Shown here in pieces: positions 42,051 to 50,707 of a DNA stretch of 64,000 nt (position 1 is the stretch's first letter; each line of letters starts with the position of its first letter). The position numbers and the translations under genes are program-made. Below the pieces are notes generated by a model, which searched no databases, had not been told where the DNA came from, and saw only the letters and a list, made by a program, of their open reading frames with translations. Source of the stretch: Synechococcus sp. AG-670-B23 (GTDB lineage: Bacteria > Cyanobacteriota > Cyanobacteriia > PCC-6307 > Cyanobiaceae); contig QCSL01000002.1 of assembly GCA_003209165.1 (NCBI GenBank), positions 8,630 through 72,629 on the forward strand, given 5' to 3'.

Positions 42051-42614
42051 TCAACAAAGATGACGCGGACGGCAAAAAATACGTCTTGTAGGGAGCTTGG
42101 ATGCGCTTACTTTATCTGGCAATGCTTGCAAAACATAGATACCAGGACTGGATAGAGTCTCGGGAGGAATTGTGGCCCATAAGCACAGAGAATATCCACG
42201 CGGCAGGCGTATATCCGGAATGGGCAAGTTCCACGCAGCTGCAATATTAGCCGCAAAATAAGGTTTCAAATTATTATCGAGGAGTTCCACCGGCCCAACG
42301 CAAGTCAGCGGAGGAGGTTTGGTATAGGTACTGGAGAAAGTCTTGATCTGGGACGACACGCCTGATTGGGACAAAACTTCAACCAGGCGATCCATGACAA
42401 TCTGAATTTCCGCATGCTCAACCAAAACACCTTTACCCCAAACATAATTACCTGAAACGTCTGTTCTTTTCTCCCCTTCCGCATCAACAAAAAACCGATT
42501 TGTAAATTCCATCATCAGAACTACAACTCCTGTAAAAAGAACAAGCATCGACATAGCAACCAACATTTCGAGAAGCGTCATGCCAACTGCCCGAGAAACA
42601 TTAATAATCCTCAT
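42051..42614 (-). CDS. Minor pilin with prepilin N-terminal motif
   Basis: G|MTLLE followed by a hydrophobic helix; Cys-containing C-terminus. The ORF is open to 42710. Confidence 0.78.
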   Translation of the reverse strand: MRIINVSRAVGMTLLEMLVAMSMLVLFTGVVVLMMEFTNRFFVDAEGEKRTDVSGNYVWGKGVLVEHAEIQIVMDRLVEVLSQSGVSSQIKTFSSTYTKPPPLTCVGPVELLDNNLKPYFAANIAAAWNLPIPDIRLPRGYSLCLWATIPPETLSSPGIYVLQALPDKVSASKLPTRRIFCRPRHLC

Positions 42615-42715
42615 CTGCCGCCTAAAAGATTTATCTGATGCCACAGCAGCAGTAGAACTTAGATGCGAATTTAAACGATAAGGATGTAATAGTTTATTTA
42701 CAGGCAGCATATCAT

Positions 42716-42958
42716 TTATTGCCTCACAAAAAGAGTTTGATTATTCTCCTGAAAAGAATCAGCATCAGGGAAAGAATCACCATTAGGAGAAGGACGAGCC
42801 ACACCGTTCACCAATCTCACCTCATATGGGCTTAGGCGCTGATACCCGGACTGGCCAAAACCCTTTTCCGAAAGCTCGATAGCGAAAACCAACGAAGTTG
42901 TAGCAATTACCATAATTACCGAGCCCACAACAGCGTCAATCATTGCTACTCTCTTCAA
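42716..42958 (-). CDS. Small pilin-like membrane protein
   Basis: N-terminal hydrophobic helix MIDAVVGSVIMVIATTSLVFAIE; tightly packed in the operon. Confidence 0.55.
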   Translation of the reverse strand: MKRVAMIDAVVGSVIMVIATTSLVFAIELSEKGFGQSGYQRLSPYEVRLVNGVARPSPNGDSFPDADSFQENNQTLFVRQ

Positions 42959-43376
42959 AGGGACAGATCAACAAACTCTTGTCGTGTTCCGTACAAGAGA
43001 CCATAAGATAAGGTCCAAGCTCTTCATCTGGGCTCGGCATAAAAAGAACCTGATGTGATCCATAATCCATAACACATCCGTTATCCCAGAAAAGATCCCT
43101 GGTTTTGGGTAAAAATTTTCTCACTGGAGAACCAACATGAACTTGAACATAGGGATTGACTTCAAGCGCGTTACAAATATCTATACCTTCCAAGCCAGAT
43201 GCAATGGAATCCAATGAATCCATCATGCTTATTTCTCTTGCCTTCTCAGCACTACCACCATAAGCATCAACCGGCATTGGCAAAATCGATTGCCCCGTGA
43301 GCGAAAGACCCATCTCCAAGATCGCCATGATCCCGGTGAGCATCACCACACCCATCCCGGCATACAGGTACACCAT
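42936..43376 (-). CDS. Hypothetical pilus-associated protein (pilin-like N-terminal helix, 4 Cys)
   Basis: MVYLYAGMGVVMLTGIMAILEMGL helix; start overlaps the pilO stop. Confidence 0.65.
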   Translation of the reverse strand: MVYLYAGMGVVMLTGIMAILEMGLSLTGQSILPMPVDAYGGSAEKAREISMMDSLDSIASGLEGIDICNALEVNPYVQVHVGSPVRKFLPKTRDLFWDNGCVMDYGSHQVLFMPSPDEELGPYLMVSCTEHDKSLLICPFEESSND

Positions 43377-44095
43377 CAGTTGTCGATCCCCTCTGGTTGG
43401 CCCGACGGTATCGGCTGGCGCCCATAAGCCGAAAGCATGAGATCCATCGACACCTCAGCCTGATCACCACCACCCTCCTTCTGTCGGCTCTGCTCCTGAA
43501 CTTTCATCTCACTGATCACAACAAAGGTCTCCAATCGTTCCAGCGACTGCAGAAACGCCAGCACCTTTTGAAAAGGACCCTTCACTGTGAGAGCAGCTGA
43601 ACGTTTTTCCAGACCACGATTGAGAAGGGGATCACCCACCGCCTCTTGAGAGTCCCCACCACCGGCTGCGGGTGGAGCGATCTCACCTTGGGCCGGCGTG
43701 GACGCCTTAAACCGTTCCACAGGCCCAGGCTTAGTGGTGGTGATCTCCACGTTGTGGGCGCGAGCCGAATCATTAAGTCCCGCAAGGAACGTCTGAAGTT
43801 CCGAGGTTCCCGCGACAAGTTCCAGCAAGCGATCCAACTGCTGATCCCGCTCCACCTGTCCTTGCTGCAACACAGCCAACTGCTGACGCAGCACAGGCAG
43901 GAATTCAGCCTTGGTCGTGAGTTGTTCCACCACCTCGCTCTGCTCACGTACGCGCATGGTGAGTGGGGTGACGCCAACACTCAACAAAGCCATGGACAAA
44001 CCCAGGCCAGCGAACACCGGCACTACCAACACCGCCCGTTCGGGTGTCAACCACGACCAGAAACCTTGACGGCCAATGCCTGAGAAATTGGTCAT
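43376..44095 (-). CDS. pilO: PilO-like pilus alignment protein
   Basis: Transmembrane helix, coiled coil, then 'LTVKGPFQKVLAFLQSLERL' PilO/GspM motif. Confidence 0.78.
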   Translation of the reverse strand: MTNFSGIGRQGFWSWLTPERAVLVVPVFAGLGLSMALLSVGVTPLTMRVREQSEVVEQLTTKAEFLPVLRQQLAVLQQGQVERDQQLDRLLELVAGTSELQTFLAGLNDSARAHNVEITTTKPGPVERFKASTPAQGEIAPPAAGGGDSQEAVGDPLLNRGLEKRSAALTVKGPFQKVLAFLQSLERLETFVVISEMKVQEQSRQKEGGGDQAEVSMDLMLSAYGRQPIPSGQPEGIDN

Positions 44096-44808
44096 TCGAA
44101 CAACCCTTCCTCCTGGTGCAAACGCTGCAAGCGCCGCTCCAGACCAATGGCACCTAGGGCGGCCAACTGTGGGCGAATAGCCTTAGCTGCATCCGATGCA
44201 AACTGCGCAGACAGCCCGTAGCTGAGGCGCCCCAGATCAGCAACCTCCGTTGCCCCTGAACGCTGCAAGGTGGCCTGCTGGAGCGTCACATCACCCTGCT
44301 CAAACAGCGCCGATTGCCCCAGAGACAATATCAACGCGTTGAGCGTGCGCAGACCATCGGGCATGAGCGCTTCACCACTTAGATCCAGAGCATCACCATT
44401 GATGCGCGCCTGATCCAAATTGATCGATTGGGGCACAAGCCGCTGAAGTTCCGCCAGCACAGCCGAACTGGAGCGGACATCTGCCATGGCACGGGCCATG
44501 GTCTGATTGGTCTGAACCGCAAGCTCCAGGACCTTTTTTTCCTTCTGGATCTTCACCTCCAATAAATCGTGCTCATCGGCCAAAGGCTGAAGTTCTGCAG
44601 CGCTTTGACGTAATCGGCTGTCGCTTAACCACAACCAGCCGCAGCTCAGCATCACAATTAACGGAAGAACCGAGCCAAATAGCCCCCCCCGCAGCAGCAG
44701 GGTGCGAACCGGGATAACTTCGGGGCGTTGGGTTCCATAACGCTTGCGCCGTTGCCTAAGCAAATCGATCTCAAGCCAGGCACCAGAACTCACAGCAGCG
44801 AGCAACAA
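44092..44808 (-). CDS. pilN: PilN-like pilus alignment protein
   Basis: IDLL motif (INLLP-like), transmembrane helix, coiled coil, 'SAVLAELQRLVP..I.L....LDLSGEA'. Confidence 0.78.
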   Translation of the reverse strand: MLLAAVSSGAWLEIDLLRQRRKRYGTQRPEVIPVRTLLLRGGLFGSVLPLIVMLSCGWLWLSDSRLRQSAAELQPLADEHDLLEVKIQKEKKVLELAVQTNQTMARAMADVRSSSAVLAELQRLVPQSINLDQARINGDALDLSGEALMPDGLRTLNALILSLGQSALFEQGDVTLQQATLQRSGATEVADLGRLSYGLSAQFASDAAKAIRPQLAALGAIGLERRLQRLHQEEGLFE

Positions 44809-44881
44809 TCACCACATTTAATCCAGAACAGAGGATCAAAGCCAGAACGATGCTGATTAGGCATAGAGCTCACAAATAGCG

Positions 44882-45607
44882 ATGAGTCGCCAACGCATCA
44901 ACGTTCTGAGGGCTGCAGCCTGGCTGGCCTTGGGCCTTGGGGTTGGCAGTGGCGGCACTGTTCTCTTACAGCAGTGGAGCTCAACCTCCACGACCGTCCA
45001 CTACGCACGTGCTGAACGGCAACGACCTCCGGAAGCTGCCCTGACGACAGAGCTGTTATTGCAGGGGGAGCCCGCCATGGGCTCCAACGATGCGCCTTTG
45101 ACCATTGTGGAGTTCAGCGATTTCGAGTGTCCTTACTGCCGTCTATTTCATGAAGAGGTGCTTCCCTCGCTCAAACGGGAGTACATCGACACAGGTCTGG
45201 TGCGCTTCATCCACAAGGATCTACCGCTGCCGTTCCACGACCAGGCCCGGCCTGCTGCGGCGGCTGCCCGCTGCGCGGGTGAACAGAACCGCTATTGGGA
45301 TCTCTACGACGCCCTCTTCGATCAGCAGACCTGCCTTAAATGCAAGGGCGTTGTGGGGATCGCCGAAAGCATCGACCTCAACACTTCAGATCTTCGGAGC
45401 TGCATGCAACGCAAGGCAACCGAAACCCTGATCACAACCAATCTTTCTGAAGCCGAACTGCACAACATCCGCGCCACCCCGACCTTCGCCATTGGATCCA
45501 GCCGCAGCGACGGGAAGCACCACGGCGAAATCGTCGAGGGAGCGATGCCCTGGCCTCAATTCAAAGCCTTGATTGATCAACAGTTGAAGGCCCACAAGAG
45601 CCGCTGA
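44882..45607 (+). CDS. dsbA: DsbA-family thiol-disulfide oxidoreductase (membrane anchored)
   Basis: N-terminal transmembrane helix, EFSDFECPYC active site, cis-Pro motif ATPTF. Confidence 0.88.
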   Translation: MSRQRINVLRAAAWLALGLGVGSGGTVLLQQWSSTSTTVHYARAERQRPPEAALTTELLLQGEPAMGSNDAPLTIVEFSDFECPYCRLFHEEVLPSLKREYIDTGLVRFIHKDLPLPFHDQARPAAAAARCAGEQNRYWDLYDALFDQQTCLKCKGVVGIAESIDLNTSDLRSCMQRKATETLITTNLSEAELHNIRATPTFAIGSSRSDGKHHGEIVEGAMPWPQFKALIDQQLKAHKSR

Positions 45608-45652
45608 GCCGGCTTGCCACCAAAGGCATAATCCAAAAAGTTGGGAACCAAG

Positions 45653-46018
45653 ATGCATCACGCCGTGCGCAAGGACCGACTCTGGTTTCAGAACAACCCC
45701 GTCGCCCTCGTTCGCTTCAGGACTGCATCACCAGGGGAATTCACGCCGCTGTACGCGATGGGTGAACAGCCACCATCCTTCCGGCCCAGCATTTGCAAGC
45801 CCACGGCTCCCCTGCGTTGGGTGGCCGTTGTTGATCTGATGAGGCTGGTGGGCTCCCCCCTGGCTGATCCTGAGGAAACCACCGTCCGCCTGAGGCTTCG
45901 CATTCCAGCCATTCGCAGTTTCAGACGGCAAGAACAAGCAAAGTCAGAATTGTTGGACGCCGTCGCTGCCGAACTGCTCTACAACGTTGAGCCTGAACAG
46001 AACGCGATTGCGGCCTAA
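45653..46018 (+). CDS. Hypothetical protein
   Basis: 121-aa ORF filling the gap between dsbA and the next gene; no recognised motif. Confidence 0.55.
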   Translation: MHHAVRKDRLWFQNNPVALVRFRTASPGEFTPLYAMGEQPPSFRPSICKPTAPLRWVAVVDLMRLVGSPLADPEETTVRLRLRIPAIRSFRRQEQAKSELLDAVAAELLYNVEPEQNAIAA

Positions 46019-46051
46019 AAAGGGCAATTCGGTCTCAGCAAGCACGAAGCA

Positions 46052-46939
46052 ATGACCAGATCGGACTTGTGCATCGGCATGGTGGGGCTCGGGGCACTGG
46101 GGCTCCCGATGGCGGTGAATTTGCATCAAGCCGGCTTGAACCTGCAGGTGCACACCCGCAGCCGTCTAGCCGAAAACGACCCGCAACTCGCAGGCGCGCG
46201 GGGCTGCATCAACCCAGCTGCAGCCGCGGACAACGTAGGCGTTCTGCTGCTGTGCGTCAGCGATGACACCGCGGTGAACAACGTGCTGTTTGGCCCAGAC
46301 GGTGCCGCCGAGCGCCTCCAACCCGGCAGCATCGTGATCGATTGCTCAACCATCAGTCCCAAGGGGGCGCAACAGGCCGCCGCTCAGCTGCAACAGATCG
46401 GCGTCGACTACCTCGATGCCCCCGTCACTGGCGGCACCGAAGGAGCAAGGGCGGGCACCCTCACAGTATTGGTGGGGGGCGACGCCACCGTATTGAAGAC
46501 GGTGCGCCCGCTCCTGGAGGTGATCGGCAGCTCGATTCACCACATCGGCCCAGTGGGCCGAGGCCAACAAGCCAAGGCAGTGAATCAAGTGTTGGTGGCC
46601 GGTAGCTATGCCGCCGTAGCTGAAGCCATCGCACTGGGGCAACGGCTGGAGCTGCCGATGCAACAGGTGATAGACGCCCTCAAAAGCGGCGCCGCAGGCT
46701 CCTGGGCCCTCAACCATCGCAGTGGAGCCATGCTCCAAGGGAGCTATCCGCTTGGCTTCAAACTGAGCCTTCACCACAAAGACTTAGGCATTGCCTTGGA
46801 GGCAGCACTCAAGGTCGAGCTCGACATGCCCATTACGGCACTGGTGGAACAGCTGGAATCCGACCTCATCGTGCGGGGATTCGGCGATGACGATGTCTCA
46901 GCGCTGCATCGCTTGAACACAGCAACCAAGGAGGCCTAA
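46052..46939 (+). CDS. Beta-hydroxyacid dehydrogenase (3-hydroxyisobutyrate/2-hydroxy-3-oxopropionate reductase family)
   Basis: GLGALG, DCSTI, DAPVTGG, KAVNQ and KDL motifs. Confidence 0.9.
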   Translation: MTRSDLCIGMVGLGALGLPMAVNLHQAGLNLQVHTRSRLAENDPQLAGARGCINPAAAADNVGVLLLCVSDDTAVNNVLFGPDGAAERLQPGSIVIDCSTISPKGAQQAAAQLQQIGVDYLDAPVTGGTEGARAGTLTVLVGGDATVLKTVRPLLEVIGSSIHHIGPVGRGQQAKAVNQVLVAGSYAAVAEAIALGQRLELPMQQVIDALKSGAAGSWALNHRSGAMLQGSYPLGFKLSLHHKDLGIALEAALKVELDMPITALVEQLESDLIVRGFGDDDVSALHRLNTATKEA

Positions 46940-47673
46940 AGGCTTTTCACGACTCGCACCCGCTTGGTTGCGGTCACCACACCATCAGGGTGCACCAGCA
47001 TCAGAGCCCAGGTCTGAGAGCCCGGCGCCTGCGGTGCCTGCACACTTTTGAACAAGCCACCACCGCCCATGGGCGCCAAGGGCAAGTTGGGACGCAGCTG
47101 ATCCTCAACTTGCTGCTTGGTGAGGTCGATCAACCCTGCAGCCACTAAAGCCTGATCCAAGGGCTCTTCGACAATCAGATCGATGTCGTAACGGCTGCCG
47201 GTGAGAACGGCATCAGGGATTCCGAGGGTTACTTCCAGAGGGCGCTCACCGCTCCAAAGCAAGGATTCATGGGCGACCAATTCCTGTTCAACCATGCGCC
47301 CGTTATCCAGGCGAATCGCAATCCGTTCTGTTGCCTCCAGCCGGTAACGAAGCCCCTCCGACGCAGCCTCACCACGCACCAGCAACCGCAACGTCTCACG
47401 GCCATCTGCCAAAGGAGCCGCTGGTTCGACCTGCCAGGTGATCTCAGGAAAGTCTTGTCGAAAGCGTTGATAGCGCTGGGTTAGCGCAGGCTGCAGCTCA
47501 GAGATCGCAACACCGTCGAAGGACGATGAGCCATCCGCGTTCAACACGCTTTGCAGACGGCGGCTGAAGACCTCCAGCCCAGCGTTGCCTAGCTCTACCT
47601 GGGACAGGGCATGCATAGGTGAACCCAAGACAGCCAGGGCAGACATGAGCGTGACGCCAAGGAAAGAACGCAT
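46936..47673 (-). CDS. Conserved exported cyanobacterial protein (NTF2-like N-terminal domain)
   Basis: Signal peptide; GGGGLFKSVQAP motif; divergent from murG. Confidence 0.7.
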   Translation of the reverse strand: MRSFLGVTLMSALAVLGSPMHALSQVELGNAGLEVFSRRLQSVLNADGSSSFDGVAISELQPALTQRYQRFRQDFPEITWQVEPAAPLADGRETLRLLVRGEAASEGLRYRLEATERIAIRLDNGRMVEQELVAHESLLWSGERPLEVTLGIPDAVLTGSRYDIDLIVEEPLDQALVAAGLIDLTKQQVEDQLRPNLPLAPMGGGGLFKSVQAPQAPGSQTWALMLVHPDGVVTATKRVRVVKSL

Positions 47674-47731
47674 GGGCCAGGCTGCAGGATTCCAATTAAA
47701 TTAAATCGCGTCATCGGAGACGTCAGCGGCC

Positions 47732-48808
47732 ATGACTCGGTTCCTGATCGCCGCCAGCGGAACCGGTGGTCATCTGTTTCCGGCCCTCGCCGTCGCAGAA
47801 GCCGTGGAAGCCGATGGGCCCGTGCATTGGTTGGGTGTGCCGGACCGGCTGGAAACGATCTTGGTACCGGAACGCTTCGGTTTGATCACGGTGAATGCCG
47901 GTGGCCTCCAGGGCCGTGGCCTCAAGAAACTGGTGCAGCTGATCCGCTTGCTATGGGCCAGCGTCAACGTGCGCCGGATGATCCAGCGTGAATCAATTGA
48001 TACGGTGTTCACCACGGGGGGCTACATCTCAGCACCAGCGATCCTGGCGGCGCGATGGTGCGGCATTCCCGTGGTGCTGCATGAGTCGAATGCCATCCCT
48101 GGGCGCGTCACACGACTGCTGGGTCGGCTGTGCAGTGCCGTAGCCCTTGGTCTGCCCGCTGCAGCCCAACGCATTCCAGGAAGCCATCCCGTCGTTACAG
48201 GCACACCGGTGCGTGCCGCCTTTCTGACACAACAACCACAACCTGCATGGGTGCCCCGGGGAGACGGACCACTTCTGGTGGTGATGGGGGGAAGTCAAGG
48301 CGCCGTTGGGCTGAACCGCATGGTGCGCGCGATCCTGCCGAACCTCCTGGATCAGGGTTGCCGTGTGGTGCATCTCACAGGAGGGAACGATCCCGAGATC
48401 AACCAGCTGCAACACCCCAACCTGGCCGAGCGCCGCTTCAGCGATGACATCCCCGGATTGCTGCAACATGCCGACCTAGCCATCAGCCGCGCCGGTGCTG
48501 GAAGCCTAAGTGAACTCGCCGTCTGCGGAACTCCCACCGTGCTGGTGCCCTTCCCCCAGGCCGCCGATCGCCATCAAGATGCAAATGCCGCCTGCGCAGC
48601 GTCATTTGGGGCTGCCGTAATCGTGCATCAGCACGATCCAAACCACCCCGTTCTCGCCAACACCATCGAACGACTTCTTGGGGCGCGCCTTGGCCAGCCT
48701 GACGGAGATCCCCAACTGCTCCAGCAGATGCAACAGGGCATGGCTCAACTGGCTGTACGTGATGCCGACAAGCAGCTGGCTAGCTTGCTTCAGCAGCTCA
48801 ATCGCTGA
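47732..48808 (+). CDS. murG: UDP-GlcNAc:lipid I transferase MurG
   Basis: [28 protein letters not shown] and HQDANA motifs. Confidence 0.96.
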   Translation: MTRFLIAASGTGGHLFPALAVAEAVEADGPVHWLGVPDRLETILVPERFGLITVNAGGLQGRGLKKLVQLIRLLWASVNVRRMIQRESIDTVFTTGGYISAPAILAARWCGIPVVLHESNAIPGRVTRLLGRLCSAVALGLPAAAQRIPGSHPVVTGTPVRAAFLTQQPQPAWVPRGDGPLLVVMGGSQGAVGLNRMVRAILPNLLDQGCRVVHLTGGNDPEINQLQHPNLAERRFSDDIPGLLQHADLAISRAGAGSLSELAVCGTPTVLVPFPQAADRHQDANAACAASFGAAVIVHQHDPNHPVLANTIERLLGARLGQPDGDPQLLQQMQQGMAQLAVRDADKQLASLLQQLNR

Positions 48809-49857
48809 ACCTGCTGGAGAGCTCGAACAATGCGGCGGTTTTCACGAGGCGATTGCAAGCCAATACGAAGCCACGTCTCACCCAGCCCCGCAAAGGACCG
48901 ACAATCCCGGACCAGAATCCGATGATCGTGCTCCAGAGCTTCCCGCAGCGGAACCAAGGAGCGGCGGCCTGAGATCAACAGGAAATTGGCCGCAGACGGC
49001 ATCGGCGTGATGCCTGGAACACGCGCCAGTTCACGCTGCATCCATACGCCTTGGCTCGCCGTCCAACGCTGGACGCGGCTGCACCAACGCTTGTATAGCC
49101 CAGGACGGCCCAGCCACTGTTCCGTGAGCGCTGCAGCGATTCCATTAATCGGCCAGGGATCCCGCCAAGCCTTCCAACGCTTGAGCCGATCGGGCTGGGA
49201 AATGGCATAGCCAACGCGCAATCCCGCCACTCCAAACAGCTTGGTCAGGCTTCGGATCACAACGAGATTGGGATGTTGTGCCACCAAGGCGATCATCGAT
49301 TGATGCTCCGCCTCCGGCACCAAAGGGAGGAAGGCTTCATCGCAGATCACCAAGGCATGGCGATCAAGCATGACTTCGAGGGAGGAACGACTCCAGAGCT
49401 GTCCAGTGGGGTTATGGGGGTTGCAAAGCCACGCCACGGCGCCCTCGAGGGGAGGATGACAAAGCGGCCCAGCGTGATCCCAAGACAACGCCAACGGCGT
49501 TTGCACAGATATCGCATCCCAACACTGGAGGGCCCTCCGGTAGTCAGCAAAACCAGGAGCGAGCAAACCGCTGACCCCGGCAGCAGCGGCATCGCGGGCA
49601 GCCCAGGTGAACAGCTCTGCGGCACCATTACCCGGAAGCACCCAATCCGGGGACATCCCGTGGATCGCAGCGATTGCCTGTCGCAGGGAGGCTTGGTCAC
49701 GATCAGGGTAATCGCGAAGAGCAGCCTCGGATAAACGGGGACAACGGGGAGTCCAGGGAGCCAGTGAGGCACTGGCATCAAGCAACTGCGATGGCCGACA
49801 GCCCAAGACGTCCGCGACCGCTTGCCGGTTGCCGCCGTGGCGCAAGTCGACGCCCAT
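48790..49857 (-). CDS. cobD: Threonine-phosphate decarboxylase (cobalamin pathway, CobD/CobC-like)
   Basis: [27 protein letters not shown] and [16 protein letters not shown] motifs. Confidence 0.82.
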   Translation of the reverse strand: MGVDLRHGGNRQAVADVLGCRPSQLLDASASLAPWTPRCPRLSEAALRDYPDRDQASLRQAIAAIHGMSPDWVLPGNGAAELFTWAARDAAAAGVSGLLAPGFADYRRALQCWDAISVQTPLALSWDHAGPLCHPPLEGAVAWLCNPHNPTGQLWSRSSLEVMLDRHALVICDEAFLPLVPEAEHQSMIALVAQHPNLVVIRSLTKLFGVAGLRVGYAISQPDRLKRWKAWRDPWPINGIAAALTEQWLGRPGLYKRWCSRVQRWTASQGVWMQRELARVPGITPMPSAANFLLISGRRSLVPLREALEHDHRILVRDCRSFAGLGETWLRIGLQSPRENRRIVRALQQVQRLSC

Positions 49858-49906
49858 CCCGACTCCCGTTAAAACGCAATCACATCACCAGAGTGACCCA
49901 CTGCCC

Positions 49907-50698
49907 ATGCCAGCCCCACTGTTGCTGATGCTGACAGTGCTGCTCGGAGCCCCGCTCTCAGCCCGAGCGGACGATTTGATCATGCTTCTTGAAGCAGGAT
50001 CGTGCCCGAACTGCAAGCTAGCCGATGCCGATCTGGTGCATGCGGACCTACGCGATGCAGACCTCAAAGCAGCTGATCTGCAACGGGCCAATCTCAGCAG
50101 GGCCAGATTAGACGGGGCCGATCTTCGCGATACAGACCTTCGCTTCAGCAGTCTGAAAGGAGCAACGCTGCGGGGCAGCGACCTCCGGGGTGCTCGGCTG
50201 GATGGGACGGATCTGCGACAGGCGGATCTGAGCGGGAGCCTGATCAGTCCGGGAGCGCTGGAACGGAGCCACTGGCTGGGGGCCATTGGCATTGACCAGG
50301 GCCTGCGCAGCCCTTCATCACTCCACAACGCAGGGGTGGATGAAGCGCAGGTCGGTCGCTGGCCACAAGCTGAACGCTTATTTGAAGAAGCGATCCAGGC
50401 GGATCCTGAGCAAGCCATGAGTTGGATCGCCAGGGGACTCAGCCGCGGACAACAGGGGGACGAAGCCAAGGCCGCTCAGGATCTGCTGCATGCAGCCGAT
50501 CTGTTGGAAAAACAGGGCAACCCAGAGCAAAGCGAGCAATTACGACAGGCTGTCAGCAAGCTGCAGGCCGATGAGTCCGATGCTGCCCAATCCGGCAATG
50601 GAGTGGGATCGGCACTGCTGGGGGGAGCACTCTCAACTCTGAGTGCTCTGGCGCCACTTGCTTTGAAAACTTTGGTACCTGGAGGAGTGAGTTTCTAA
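49907..50698 (+). CDS. Pentapeptide-repeat protein with TPR domain
   Basis: Signal peptide, CPNC, ADL/ANL pentapeptide repeats, then TPR-like helices. Confidence 0.88.
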   Translation: MPAPLLLMLTVLLGAPLSARADDLIMLLEAGSCPNCKLADADLVHADLRDADLKAADLQRANLSRARLDGADLRDTDLRFSSLKGATLRGSDLRGARLDGTDLRQADLSGSLISPGALERSHWLGAIGIDQGLRSPSSLHNAGVDEAQVGRWPQAERLFEEAIQADPEQAMSWIARGLSRGQQGDEAKAAQDLLHAADLLEKQGNPEQSEQLRQAVSKLQADESDAAQSGNGVGSALLGGALSTLSALAPLALKTLVPGGVSF

Positions 50699-50707
50699 AG
50701 CCAAGGC

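Noticed and set aside
50010-50240. Repetitive DNA in the pentapeptide gene as a possible CRISPR or tandem array
   Set aside because: Degenerate 15-nt coding periodicity of pentapeptide repeats; no identical repeats with spacers
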